Below, piece after piece: positions 44,631-53,351 of a stretch of DNA of 64,000 nt; within the stretch, counting starts at the first letter, position 1; each line of letters opens with the position of its first letter. The stretch is taken from positions 19,010-83,009 of the forward strand of contig JAFQVV010000012.1 in the NCBI GenBank assembly GCA_017407835.1, in the 5' to 3' direction. The notes beneath the pieces are model-generated. The model saw only the letters and a program-made list of their open reading frames with translations. It was not told the origin of the DNA and did no database searches. The DNA comes from Clostridia bacterium (GTDB lineage: Bacteria; Bacillota; Clostridia; Oscillospirales; CAG-272). A program made the translations under genes and the position numbers.

Positions 44631-45509
44631 ATGTGGTGTGCCGATCAATGGAAAGATTACCGTTTGCTCGATGCTTCGTCGGGTGAACGCCTGGAGCAAT
44701 GGGGGAAATATATCCTCATCCGTCCCGACCCGCAGATCATCTGGGAAAGCGACAAGACGCACCCGGCATGGAAACGTGCGGATGCAATTTACCATCGCTC
44801 GCAGAAGGGTGGGGGAGGTTGGAGCAAAAACAATCTGCCCGAGAGCTGGAAGATCGGCTATGGCGAGCTGACCTTTATGCTCAAGCCCATGGGCTTTAAG
44901 CACACGGGACTTTTTCCCGAGCAGGCGGCAAACTGGGATTGGTTCGGCGAGCTGATCCGCCGCGCGGGACGCCCCATCAAGGTGCTCAATCTCTTTGCCT
45001 ATACCGGCGGTGCTACCGTGGCGGCGGCAAAAGCGGGGGCTTCTGTCTGCCATGTTGACGCGGCAAAGGGTATGGTAGCCCAAGCCAAGGAAAATGCCCG
45101 TCTCTCTGGGCTTTCGGATGCCCCCATCCGCTACATTGTAGACGACTGCCGCAAATTCATCGAACGGGAGATCCGCCGGGGAAACCGCTACGACGCCATT
45201 ATCATGGATCCTCCCTCCTACGGACGCGGGCCGTCGGGCGAGGTCTGGAAACTGGAGGAGTGTATCGACGATTTTGTTGCCCTCGCGGCACAGGTGCTCT
45301 CGGATAAGCCCCTCTTTTTCCTGATCAATTCCTATACCACGGGGCTCTCTCCTCTGACGATGGCATATCTGCTTGAGCTGCGGGTCCGTGCACGATACGG
45401 CGGCCGCTGTGAGGCGGGGGAGCTTGCTCTGCCCGTGGAGGCAAGCGGCAGCTTTCTCCCCTGCGGTGCGAGTGCTCGCTGGCAGGCGGAGGGCGCCGAT
45501 TCCCGCTGA
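44631..45509 (+). CDS. class I SAM-dependent (RlmI/YwbD-like) methyltransferase
   Basis: ATG at 44631 after CAGGAGA. VLNLFAYTGGATVAAA (SAM motif I) and IIMDPPSYGRGP (motif IV). The track ORF start at 44508 lies inside ruvC and is rejected. Confidence 0.8.
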   Translation: MWCADQWKDYRLLDASSGERLEQWGKYILIRPDPQIIWESDKTHPAWKRADAIYHRSQKGGGGWSKNNLPESWKIGYGELTFMLKPMGFKHTGLFPEQAANWDWFGELIRRAGRPIKVLNLFAYTGGATVAAAKAGASVCHVDAAKGMVAQAKENARLSGLSDAPIRYIVDDCRKFIEREIRRGNRYDAIIMDPPSYGRGPSGEVWKLEECIDDFVALAAQVLSDKPLFFLINSYTTGLSPLTMAYLLELRVRARYGGRCEAGELALPVEASGSFLPCGASARWQAEGADSR

Positions 45510-45545
45510 CGGCGGGAGAAAATTCCCACGAAAGGTCGTGATTTG

Positions 45546-46433
45546 ATGGAGCCTTTTATCCAAGTCGAACAGTTGAATTACGCTTATGATGAGGACGGCG
45601 GTCAGCGCCGCCGTGTACTGCGAGATCTTTCTTTTTCGGTTGAGCGGGGCGAATATGTTGCAATCCTGGGCCATAACGGCTCGGGCAAGTCCACGCTGGC
45701 AAAGCTGCTGAATTTGATCCTGACGCCTGATAGCGGCAAGATCATCATCGCAGGCCGCGAGATTACCGATCCCAATCTGACCGAGGATGAGTTGTACGAA
45801 GTCCGCCGCCGCATGGGGATGGTTTTTCAGAATCCCGACAATCAGTTGGTTGCCACCATTGTTGAGGAGGATGTTGCTTTCGGTCCCGAAAATCTCGGTG
45901 TGCCGAGCGAGGAGATTCGCCGCCGTGTCGATGAAGCACTGGCGCTGGTGGGGATGACAAAGTATGCCCACCACGAGCCGCACCGTCTATCGGGTGGGCA
46001 AAAACAGCGTGTCGCCATCGCGGGGATCATCGCGATGCTGCCCGACTGCATCATTTTCGATGAATCCACTGCTATGCTCGATCCCATGGGGCGCCGCGAT
46101 GTGCTTCGCATTATGGACAATCTCAATCGGGAACGCGGCATTACGGTGCTGACCATCACCCACTATATGAATGAAGCCGCCCGTGCCGACCGTGTGCTGG
46201 TGCTCAACGACGGTGAGTTGTATATGCAGGGAACGCCTGCCGAGATTTTCTCGCATCCCGACCGGCTCGCCGCCATCGGCCTTGATGTGCCTCAGTGCAC
46301 CGACCTTGTGCATCAGCTGCGTGACGCCGGCATTGCCGTGGAGGGTGATTGCCTGACTCCGGCCCAGTGTGCCGACGCGATTTGTGCCGCCTGCGCGGCG
46401 AGCGGCATCACATTTGCTCCGCCGCGAACCTGA
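45546..46433 (+). CDS. ecfA1: energy-coupling factor transporter ATPase EcfA1
   Basis: GHNGSGKST, LSGGQKQRVAIAGI and IIFDESTAMLDP. Sits in the conserved ecfA1-ecfA2-ecfT-truA order. Confidence 0.85.
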   Translation: MEPFIQVEQLNYAYDEDGGQRRRVLRDLSFSVERGEYVAILGHNGSGKSTLAKLLNLILTPDSGKIIIAGREITDPNLTEDELYEVRRRMGMVFQNPDNQLVATIVEEDVAFGPENLGVPSEEIRRRVDEALALVGMTKYAHHEPHRLSGGQKQRVAIAGIIAMLPDCIIFDESTAMLDPMGRRDVLRIMDNLNRERGITVLTITHYMNEAARADRVLVLNDGELYMQGTPAEIFSHPDRLAAIGLDVPQCTDLVHQLRDAGIAVEGDCLTPAQCADAICAACAASGITFAPPRT

Positions 46434-46470
46434 ATCCTGAATCGGAGGAAGGCGCACAGACCTTCTGGCT

Positions 46471-47346
46471 GTGACGCCGAATACCATGAATACACTACAG
46501 CTTGAACATATCTCTTATTTGTACAGCGCGGGAACCCCCTATGAGATGCGGGCGCTCGACGATGTCAGTCTGACCATTCGCGGCGGCACCGTGACGGGGT
46601 TGATCGGTCATACAGGATCGGGTAAATCTACCCTTGTGCAGCTGCTCAACGGTCTTAACCGTCCCACCGCGGGGCGCGTGCTCATCGACGGCGAGGACAT
46701 CTGGGAAAAGCCCAAGGAAATCGCCCGTCTGCGCTATCGCGTCGGACTTGTCATGCAGTACCCCGAATACCAGCTCTTTGAGGAGACGGTGCGCGCCGAT
46801 ATCGCGTACGGTCCAAAAAACATGGGACTCTCCACCGAAGAGATCGAGGCGAGAGTGCTTGAGGCGGCGGAATTTGCGGGAATCTCCCGGGACATGCTGG
46901 ATCAGTCCCCCTTTGACCTGTCGGGCGGACAGAAGCGTCGTGCCGCTATCGCAGGCATCATGGCCATGCGTCCCGAGGTGCTGGTGCTTGACGAGCCTGC
47001 GGCAGGGCTTGATCCGCAGGGGAGAGAAGAGATTCTCGGCGGCATCCGCGCGTATCGCGAGAAAAGCGGCTCGACAGTGATCATCGTCAGCCACAGTATG
47101 GAGGACATGGCGCGCTATTGCGACGAGCTGATCGTGATGGCAAATGCCAAACTCTTGATGCAGGGAAGCTGTGAGGAGATTTTCTCTCACCCCGAGGAGC
47201 TTGCCGCCGTCGGACTTGACGTGCCGCAGATCACGCGAGTGGCAGAACTGCTGCGCCAACGCGGACTTCCCCTGCCCGAGAGTATTTACACGGTTGAGCA
47301 GGCAGCCGCCGCGCTCCGTCAATTGATGGGAGGTGTCGGCAGATGA
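46471..47346 (+). CDS. ecfA2: energy-coupling factor transporter ATPase EcfA2
   Basis: GHTGSGKST, LSGGQKRRAAIAGI and LVLDEPAAGLDP. Start is uncertain (GTG 46471 or ATG 46486). Confidence 0.85.
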   Translation: MTPNTMNTLQLEHISYLYSAGTPYEMRALDDVSLTIRGGTVTGLIGHTGSGKSTLVQLLNGLNRPTAGRVLIDGEDIWEKPKEIARLRYRVGLVMQYPEYQLFEETVRADIAYGPKNMGLSTEEIEARVLEAAEFAGISRDMLDQSPFDLSGGQKRRAAIAGIMAMRPEVLVLDEPAAGLDPQGREEILGGIRAYREKSGSTVIIVSHSMEDMARYCDELIVMANAKLLMQGSCEEIFSHPEELAAVGLDVPQITRVAELLRQRGLPLPESIYTVEQAAAALRQLMGGVGR

Positions 47347-48161
47347 CTTCCATTACCCTCGGACAATATTTCCCCGGCAATTCACTTCTGCACCGGCTCG
47401 ATCCCCGATTCAAAATTGTGCTGGCTGTTCTTTATATCACCGCATCCTTCCTCTGCAAAAGCATCTGGAGCTTTGCCGCGCTTGCACTGTCGGCCGTTGT
47501 GCTGATTCTGATCAGCCGTATCCCGCCGTCCTTTGTGCTGCGCGGTTTGCGCCCCATCCTGTTTATCATGCTCTTTACCGTGGTGCTCAATGTTTTTCTG
47601 ACCCGCGGGGAAACCCTGTTGATTGATTTCTGGATCATTCATATTTATCTGGAAGGTGTGCTTACTGCGCTTTCCATGGTGCTGCGTATCACGGTAATTA
47701 TTATCGGAACAGGGATGTTCCTCACCTATACCACCACGCCGATTGCACTCACCGATGGCATTGAGCGCCTCTTCTCACCGCTCAAGGTTTTCCATCTCCC
47801 CGTGCATGAATTTGCTATGATGATGACCATCGCATTGCGCTTCATTCCGATTTTGATCGAAGAAACCGAAAAGATCATGGCGGCACAGAAAGCGCGCGGC
47901 GCCGATTTTTCGACAGGCAGCTTGATGCAGCGGGCCAAGGCGCTCATTCCAATCCTCGTTCCCCTCTTCGTCTCTGCGTTCCGCCGTGCCGATGAGCTGG
48001 CAGTCGCCATGGAATGCCGCTGTTACCGCGGCGGGGAGGGACGCACCCGCATGACGGTTCTGCATGCGACTGCCGCCGATTGGGTGATGCTTGCCGCGAT
48101 GATTCTTTTTGGTGCCGTATTGCTGCTGATCAACCGGTTCGCACCCGGATTTGCACTGTGA
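47343..48161 (+). CDS. ecfT: energy-coupling factor transporter transmembrane component EcfT
   Basis: ATGA overlap with ecfA2. CbiQ/EcfT pattern (HRLDPR.K.., ..ARGADF.., ..AMECRCY). Confidence 0.85.
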   Translation: MTSITLGQYFPGNSLLHRLDPRFKIVLAVLYITASFLCKSIWSFAALALSAVVLILISRIPPSFVLRGLRPILFIMLFTVVLNVFLTRGETLLIDFWIIHIYLEGVLTALSMVLRITVIIIGTGMFLTYTTTPIALTDGIERLFSPLKVFHLPVHEFAMMMTIALRFIPILIEETEKIMAAQKARGADFSTGSLMQRAKALIPILVPLFVSAFRRADELAVAMECRCYRGGEGRTRMTVLHATAADWVMLAAMILFGAVLLLINRFAPGFAL

Positions 48162-48175
48162 GCGGGCAGGGCAGC

Positions 48176-48952
48176 ATGAAGCTGCTGATCACCGTTCGCT
48201 ATGTGGGTACGCGCTACTGCGGGTATCAGGTTCAGCCCAACGGTCCCACCGTCCAGGCGGCGCTGTGTGCGGCCGCCGAGGCACTGTTTGGCTTCCCCTG
48301 TGATATTGTCGGCTGCAGCCGCACTGACAGCGGCGTGCACGCCGAATGCTTCTGCGCCACCATTTCCCGTCGTGGGGAGGATTATCTGCCCACCAATGTG
48401 CCGGTGGAGCGTATTCCCCGGGCACTTTGCCGACACTTGCCCGAGGATATTGCCGTTTGGGGGGCGAAATGGGTTCCACCATCTTTCCACGCTCGCTATG
48501 ATGTGCTTGAGAAGGTGTATACCTACCGCATCTGGAACCGCCATGAGCGTGATCCTTTTCTCGCTGATCGTGCATGGCATTATCCTTGCCCGATTTCGGA
48601 TGCGCAGTTTTCTGCCATGCGTGATGCTGCCCAACGCTATGTCGGAGAGCATGATTTTGCCGCCTTTATGGCGCAGGGCTCATCGGTGACGAGCACTGTT
48701 CGCACGGTAACTGCCGCGTCGGTTGAACGGCAGGGGGATTTGATCCTTTTCCGTGTCGCGGCGAACGGCTTTCTCTATAACATGGTGCGCATCATGGCAG
48801 GGACGTTGATCGCCGTTGCCGAGGGAAAGATCGCGCCGGATGAAATTGACGATATCCTGTGCTCGCGCGACCGAAACCGCGCGGGGATCACTGCACCTGC
48901 CTGCGGGCTTTGCCTGTCGCAGGTCGTATATTCTCCCGAATTCTGCATATAA
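48176..48952 (+). CDS. truA: tRNA pseudouridine(38-40) synthase TruA
   Basis: YVGTRYCGYQVQPN.., the catalytic ..GCSRTDSGVHA.., and ..FLYNMVRIM.G. Confidence 0.9.
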   Translation: MKLLITVRYVGTRYCGYQVQPNGPTVQAALCAAAEALFGFPCDIVGCSRTDSGVHAECFCATISRRGEDYLPTNVPVERIPRALCRHLPEDIAVWGAKWVPPSFHARYDVLEKVYTYRIWNRHERDPFLADRAWHYPCPISDAQFSAMRDAAQRYVGEHDFAAFMAQGSSVTSTVRTVTAASVERQGDLILFRVAANGFLYNMVRIMAGTLIAVAEGKIAPDEIDDILCSRDRNRAGITAPACGLCLSQVVYSPEFCI

Positions 48953-48969
48953 CGTAAAGGAGGTGCGCC

Positions 48970-50229
48970 ATGTCGGCTAAACCCACTCAGCCCGAGACCA
49001 ATTCGCCTCGCCCCGCAGCCCGTCCTCCGCAGCAGCCGAATAGACGCACGGGGGAGCAGGGAGAGCATGCGCGATATTATGCTCGTGTCGCCGCACGTTA
49101 CCGCCTTGCCAAATATCTGACGCTGTTTGTTCTCATTCTGGTTTTGTTGGCGGGGATAATTATGGGCTCTGACAGCATTACCTATGCCAATTTTGTGTAT
49201 TTGCTCCGTGATTTTGACACGGTACTGGATGTCGTCGGCGGTGAAGATGCTCTCACCCTGCGATACAGCACCATGGAGGACCGTCAATATCTTGCATACC
49301 GCGATGGCTTGACTCTGGTCAGTCGATCGGGCATCGAAATTTATAATGCGGGCGGGAAACGTACGCTGGAGGCAACTCCCGATTATGCTGATCCGTACGC
49401 GGTGGCGTCTGACCGCTATCTGCTGGTTTGTGATCTGGGGGGAGAGAGCTATACGCTCTATAATTCGCTCTCGGATGTCTTCAGTGAAACCCTCGGTTAT
49501 CCCATTCACGGTGCGGCAATCTCCGATTCGGGGCATTATGCACTGATTACCGAAACCCGCGAATATACATCTGCCGTTTTGCTGTATAACAAAAACTGCA
49601 AGCTGATCAACCGCTATCTCAAGGATAAATATGTCATTGATGCGGCAATCTCCGATGACGGAGAGCGAATTGCCATTGTGTCGGTTTCTTCGGTTGACGG
49701 GGCGTATATGGCGGAGTTTCAGCTTTGCGAACCGGGGAAGGATACGGCAATTGCCACACTGCAGGTGCAGAATGTTTTTCCCCTCGCCGTGCGGTTCTTC
49801 GATGACAACAGTTTTGCTGTGCTCGGAGACAGTGCAATGTATTTCTATACCGATCGGGGAGAGCTGATCAATACCGTTTCATTTGCCGATGTACCTCCTG
49901 ACCGATTTGTGCTTGACGGCGATCGCGCTGTGCTGGTTTTTCCGGGCAATGTGATGGCAACCGAGAGCCGCGTCTGTGTATATGACAGCAGAGGAGAGAC
50001 GGTGCTTGATCATGCACTTGAGGGAAATGCGCAAATTCTGACGCTGACAGAGCAGGCAGCCTATGTTATGACCGAACGTGAAATCTTCCGCCTGTCTGAT
50101 CGGGGTGAGGTTTCATCACTGGTACATAACGGGGGAGCCAAGGCACTGCTGACATTGGGAGATGATGTGCTGCTTTGTACCGCATCTGCCGCCTATCGCT
50201 ATTCCGATGAGCAATTTACCGAATCTTAA
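48970..50229 (+). CDS. hypothetical membrane-anchored protein (Pro/Arg-rich cytoplasmic tail, 1 TM, ~330-aa outside domain)
   Basis: AAAGGAGG RBS. TM segment is LTLFVLILVLLAGIIMG. No catalytic motif recognised. Confidence 0.55.
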   Translation: MSAKPTQPETNSPRPAARPPQQPNRRTGEQGEHARYYARVAARYRLAKYLTLFVLILVLLAGIIMGSDSITYANFVYLLRDFDTVLDVVGGEDALTLRYSTMEDRQYLAYRDGLTLVSRSGIEIYNAGGKRTLEATPDYADPYAVASDRYLLVCDLGGESYTLYNSLSDVFSETLGYPIHGAAISDSGHYALITETREYTSAVLLYNKNCKLINRYLKDKYVIDAAISDDGERIAIVSVSSVDGAYMAEFQLCEPGKDTAIATLQVQNVFPLAVRFFDDNSFAVLGDSAMYFYTDRGELINTVSFADVPPDRFVLDGDRAVLVFPGNVMATESRVCVYDSRGETVLDHALEGNAQILTLTEQAAYVMTEREIFRLSDRGEVSSLVHNGGAKALLTLGDDVLLCTASAAYRYSDEQFTES

Positions 50230-50258
50230 GACGAATGGAATTGGGGAGGTTTTTCTCG

Positions 50259-50966
50259 ATGAGTTTCTTGCTTGATCTGATTCTGCTTGCCATTGTCATC
50301 ATCACCGTTGTTCGATGCACGGTGCGCGGCTTTGTGAAATCCATTATAAATTTAGTCTCGCTTGTGGTTTCTTTTGTCGCGGCACGCGCTTTTACGCCGA
50401 AATTGTCAGTCTGGCTGGAGGAAAATTTCTTTTCCGAGAAGATCACCGAACGTGTGAGTGAGGTAATCCGCGATTTGGCGGCGAAGGGGAGCGAGCTCTT
50501 TGATTTCTCCCGCCTGTTTGCCGATATGCCCGCCGATTTTTTGGCCATTCTCGAACGCTACGGTGCAAATGCCGAGAGTCTGTCTGCCACATACGGTGCG
50601 ATGAGCGAAGCAAATGAAGCAGCGGCTGCCTCTCTGGCATCGACCATTACAGCACCTGTTGTTGCGGGCATTGCAAACATCAGTGCGTTTGTTTTGTTGT
50701 TCCTTGCTGCGATGCTTGCCTGCTATCTCATCGGTCTGCTTCTTCAGCTGATTGTCAAGCTTCCCGTGCTGAAGACGGCAAATCGCCTGTTCGGCTTTTT
50801 GCTGGGCTTGGTGTGCGCGCTTGCCCTTGCGCTGATTTACGCGCATGCTGCCGAAGCATTGATTGGCTATCTTTACAGCGTGGATCCCGCGAAATTCAAT
50901 ATGATCTCTGTCGAGCAGACACTTCTGCTCAAATATTTCTGTTACCCCGAGCTGCTCTGGGGATAA
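50259..50966 (+). CDS. CvpA family membrane protein
   Basis: GGGGAGG 9 nt before the ATG at 50259. N-terminus SFLLDLILLAIVIITVVRCTVRGFVKSI and four TM helices are typical of CvpA. Confidence 0.7.
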   Translation: MSFLLDLILLAIVIITVVRCTVRGFVKSIINLVSLVVSFVAARAFTPKLSVWLEENFFSEKITERVSEVIRDLAAKGSELFDFSRLFADMPADFLAILERYGANAESLSATYGAMSEANEAAAASLASTITAPVVAGIANISAFVLLFLAAMLACYLIGLLLQLIVKLPVLKTANRLFGFLLGLVCALALALIYAHAAEALIGYLYSVDPAKFNMISVEQTLLLKYFCYPELLWG

Positions 50967-51019
50967 CGGTGCCATAGACGGTTTATGCAAAATGTTTCCC
51001 AAACGGAGGGATGTTACAA

Positions 51020-53350
51020 ATGACCATGTGCTCAAGATGCCACAAACGGGTGGCAGTCGTATTTGTTACCAAAATTGAAAACGGACAGCGTGTCAGCGAG
51101 GGGATCTGCATGAAATGCGCCCGCGAGCTGGGCATGCCTGTGGATGATATGCTGGGCGGAGCCCTCGGCAAGATGGGCATCAGCCCCGAGGATTTTGAGG
51201 CGATGGAGGGAGAGATGGGCAATATGCTCAACTCGCTTACGTCAGCCGATGCCGATGAGGGAGAGGGCGGCGAGGAAGGCGGTGCACCTGCCATCGATTT
51301 CCCCAAACTTTTCCGCGAAGCGGGAATTTTCGGTCAGCCGAATGGAGAGGGAACTCTGCCTGCCAAGCCCGACAAAAAGCAGGATAAGCGCGAAAAATCC
51401 AAGGAAAAAGAGAAAAAATATAAATTCTTGGACACCTATTGCCGCAATCTGACGCAGCAGGCGGCAGAGGGAAAGCTCGACCGAATCGTTGGCCGTGAAC
51501 GTGAGTTGGCCCGTGTGATCCAGATTCTTTGCCGCCGGCAGAAGAATAATCCCTGCCTGATCGGCGAGCCGGGTGTAGGAAAGACGGCGATCGCAGAGGC
51601 GTTGGCACAGAAAATTGCGTTCGGTGATGTTCCCTACCGTCTGCGCGGATATCAGGTCTATCTTGTCGATCTGACGGCGCTGGTCGCGGGGACGCAGTTT
51701 CGCGGGCAGTTTGAGTCGCGTATTCTCGGTCTGTTGGCTGAAGTTCGTCAGGCGGGGAATATTATCCTTGTGATTGATGAAGTGCACAATATCGTCGGTG
51801 CCGGGGATGCTGAGGGCAGCATGAATGCCGCCAATATCCTCAAGCCCGCCCTCTCGCGCGGCGAAGTGCAGGTGATCGGTGCGACCACACTCAACGAATA
51901 TCGCAAGCATATTGAGAAGGACAGCGCTCTTGAGCGACGCTTCCAGCCCGTCACGGTCAACGAACCGTCGGTTGACGAGAGTGTGGAGATGCTGGGGGGC
52001 ATCAAGCACTATTATGAGGAGTTCCACAATATCCGTATTCCCGAGGATGTGCTTCGCCGTGCGGTGGTGCTCTCTGAGCGCTATATCACCGACCGCTATC
52101 TGCCCGATAAGGCGATTGACCTTATCGACGAAGCGGCGGCAAATCTGTCAATCAATTCTGCTGTGCTCAATGAAAGCCGTCTCCTGCGTGACCGCCTGCT
52201 TGCCCTCAAAGCCGAGCGGGAGGCATTGGAAGCAACCGATGGCGGGGATGAAAAAGACATCAATATCCGTTACGAGAAAATTGCCAATATCCGTACCGAT
52301 GAGCTGAAGGTTGCTGAAAAACTGAAAGAACTTGAGTCGGAAGCCGAGTCTGTCTACCTGACCGAAGAAGGATTGGCGGATGTGATCGAGATCTGGACAG
52401 GCGTTCCCGCGACCAACATCACCGAGAACGAATATGTGCGCATTGATCAGCTTGAGAGTCGTCTGCGTGCACGAATTGTCGGACAGGACGAGGCGGTTTC
52501 CGCTGTTGCCCGTGCCATCAAGCGCAATCGCGCGGGGATTGCCTATAAGCGCAAGCCTGTATCCTTTATTTTCGCAGGTCCGACGGGTGTCGGCAAAACT
52601 GAGTTGGTCAAAACGCTGGCCAATGATTTGTTCAATTCTCCCGAGACGCTCATTCGTCTCGATATGAGCGAATTTATGGAAAAGCATTCGGTGTCGCGCA
52701 TCATTGGCGCACCTCCCGGGTATGTGGGCTATGATGAGGCGGGGCAACTGACCGAGAAGATCCGCCGCCGTCCATATTCGGTTGTACTCTTTGATGAAAT
52801 TGAGAAGGCGCATCCCGATGTGCTCAATGTTCTCCTGCAGATTCTTGATGATGGGCGCATTACCGATGCGCATGGCAAAACAGTGAATTTTGAGAACGCA
52901 ATTCTGGTGATGACCACCAATGCCGGCTCCGACCGCTCGGCGGCAACTGTCGGCTTTGGCAGTGCCCGGTCGGTTGCGTCGGCACAGACCGAAAAGGCAT
53001 TGTCATCTTTCCTGCGTCCCGAATTTCTCAATCGTGTGGATGAAATCATCACCTTCCGCTCACTGAGCGAGGAAGATTTTGCGTCGATTGCCAAGATCAT
53101 GCTGGGCGAGCTTGCCACGGCGCTTGCCGAGAAGAGCATCACCTTCACCTATACCGAGGAGGCCGCCGCATATATTGCACGAAATGCCTTCTCCCATAAG
53201 TACGGCGCCCGCAATATGCGCCGCTATATCCAAACGCATGTGGAAGATCAGCTGGCAGAGCAGATTATCGCCGATCACACACGCAGCATCAGCCGTGCGG
53301 TGCTGACGGCGGACGGCGAATGCGACGACCTGCGGATCACCTGTTTCTGA
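51020..53350 (+). CDS. Clp/Hsp100 AAA+ ATPase with N-terminal C4 zinc ribbon (ClpE-like)
   Basis: CSRC-x22-CMKC (nt 51029-51118). Two AAA+ modules ([15 protein letters not shown]; [18 protein letters not shown]), a short middle domain, and VGF in a candidate ClpP-docking loop. Confidence 0.8.
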   Translation: MTMCSRCHKRVAVVFVTKIENGQRVSEGICMKCARELGMPVDDMLGGALGKMGISPEDFEAMEGEMGNMLNSLTSADADEGEGGEEGGAPAIDFPKLFREAGIFGQPNGEGTLPAKPDKKQDKREKSKEKEKKYKFLDTYCRNLTQQAAEGKLDRIVGRERELARVIQILCRRQKNNPCLIGEPGVGKTAIAEALAQKIAFGDVPYRLRGYQVYLVDLTALVAGTQFRGQFESRILGLLAEVRQAGNIILVIDEVHNIVGAGDAEGSMNAANILKPALSRGEVQVIGATTLNEYRKHIEKDSALERRFQPVTVNEPSVDESVEMLGGIKHYYEEFHNIRIPEDVLRRAVVLSERYITDRYLPDKAIDLIDEAAANLSINSAVLNESRLLRDRLLALKAEREALEATDGGDEKDINIRYEKIANIRTDELKVAEKLKELESEAESVYLTEEGLADVIEIWTGVPATNITENEYVRIDQLESRLRARIVGQDEAVSAVARAIKRNRAGIAYKRKPVSFIFAGPTGVGKTELVKTLANDLFNSPETLIRLDMSEFMEKHSVSRIIGAPPGYVGYDEAGQLTEKIRRRPYSVVLFDEIEKAHPDVLNVLLQILDDGRITDAHGKTVNFENAILVMTTNAGSDRSAATVGFGSARSVASAQTEKALSSFLRPEFLNRVDEIITFRSLSEEDFASIAKIMLGELATALAEKSITFTYTEEAAAYIARNAFSHKYGARNMRRYIQTHVEDQLAEQIIADHTRSISRAVLTADGECDDLRITCF

Positions 53351-53351
53351 T

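Noticed and set aside
44547-45983. 478-aa ORF antisense to the methyltransferase and ecfA1
   Set aside because: It crosses a gene boundary of two well-supported plus-strand genes and reads as a shadow ORF.

The same reasoning rejects these antisense ORFs:
- 5796-7094
- 17991-19124
- 19775-20746
- 33170-34243
- 39528-40469
- 55215-56057
- 57816-58847
- 58970-59755
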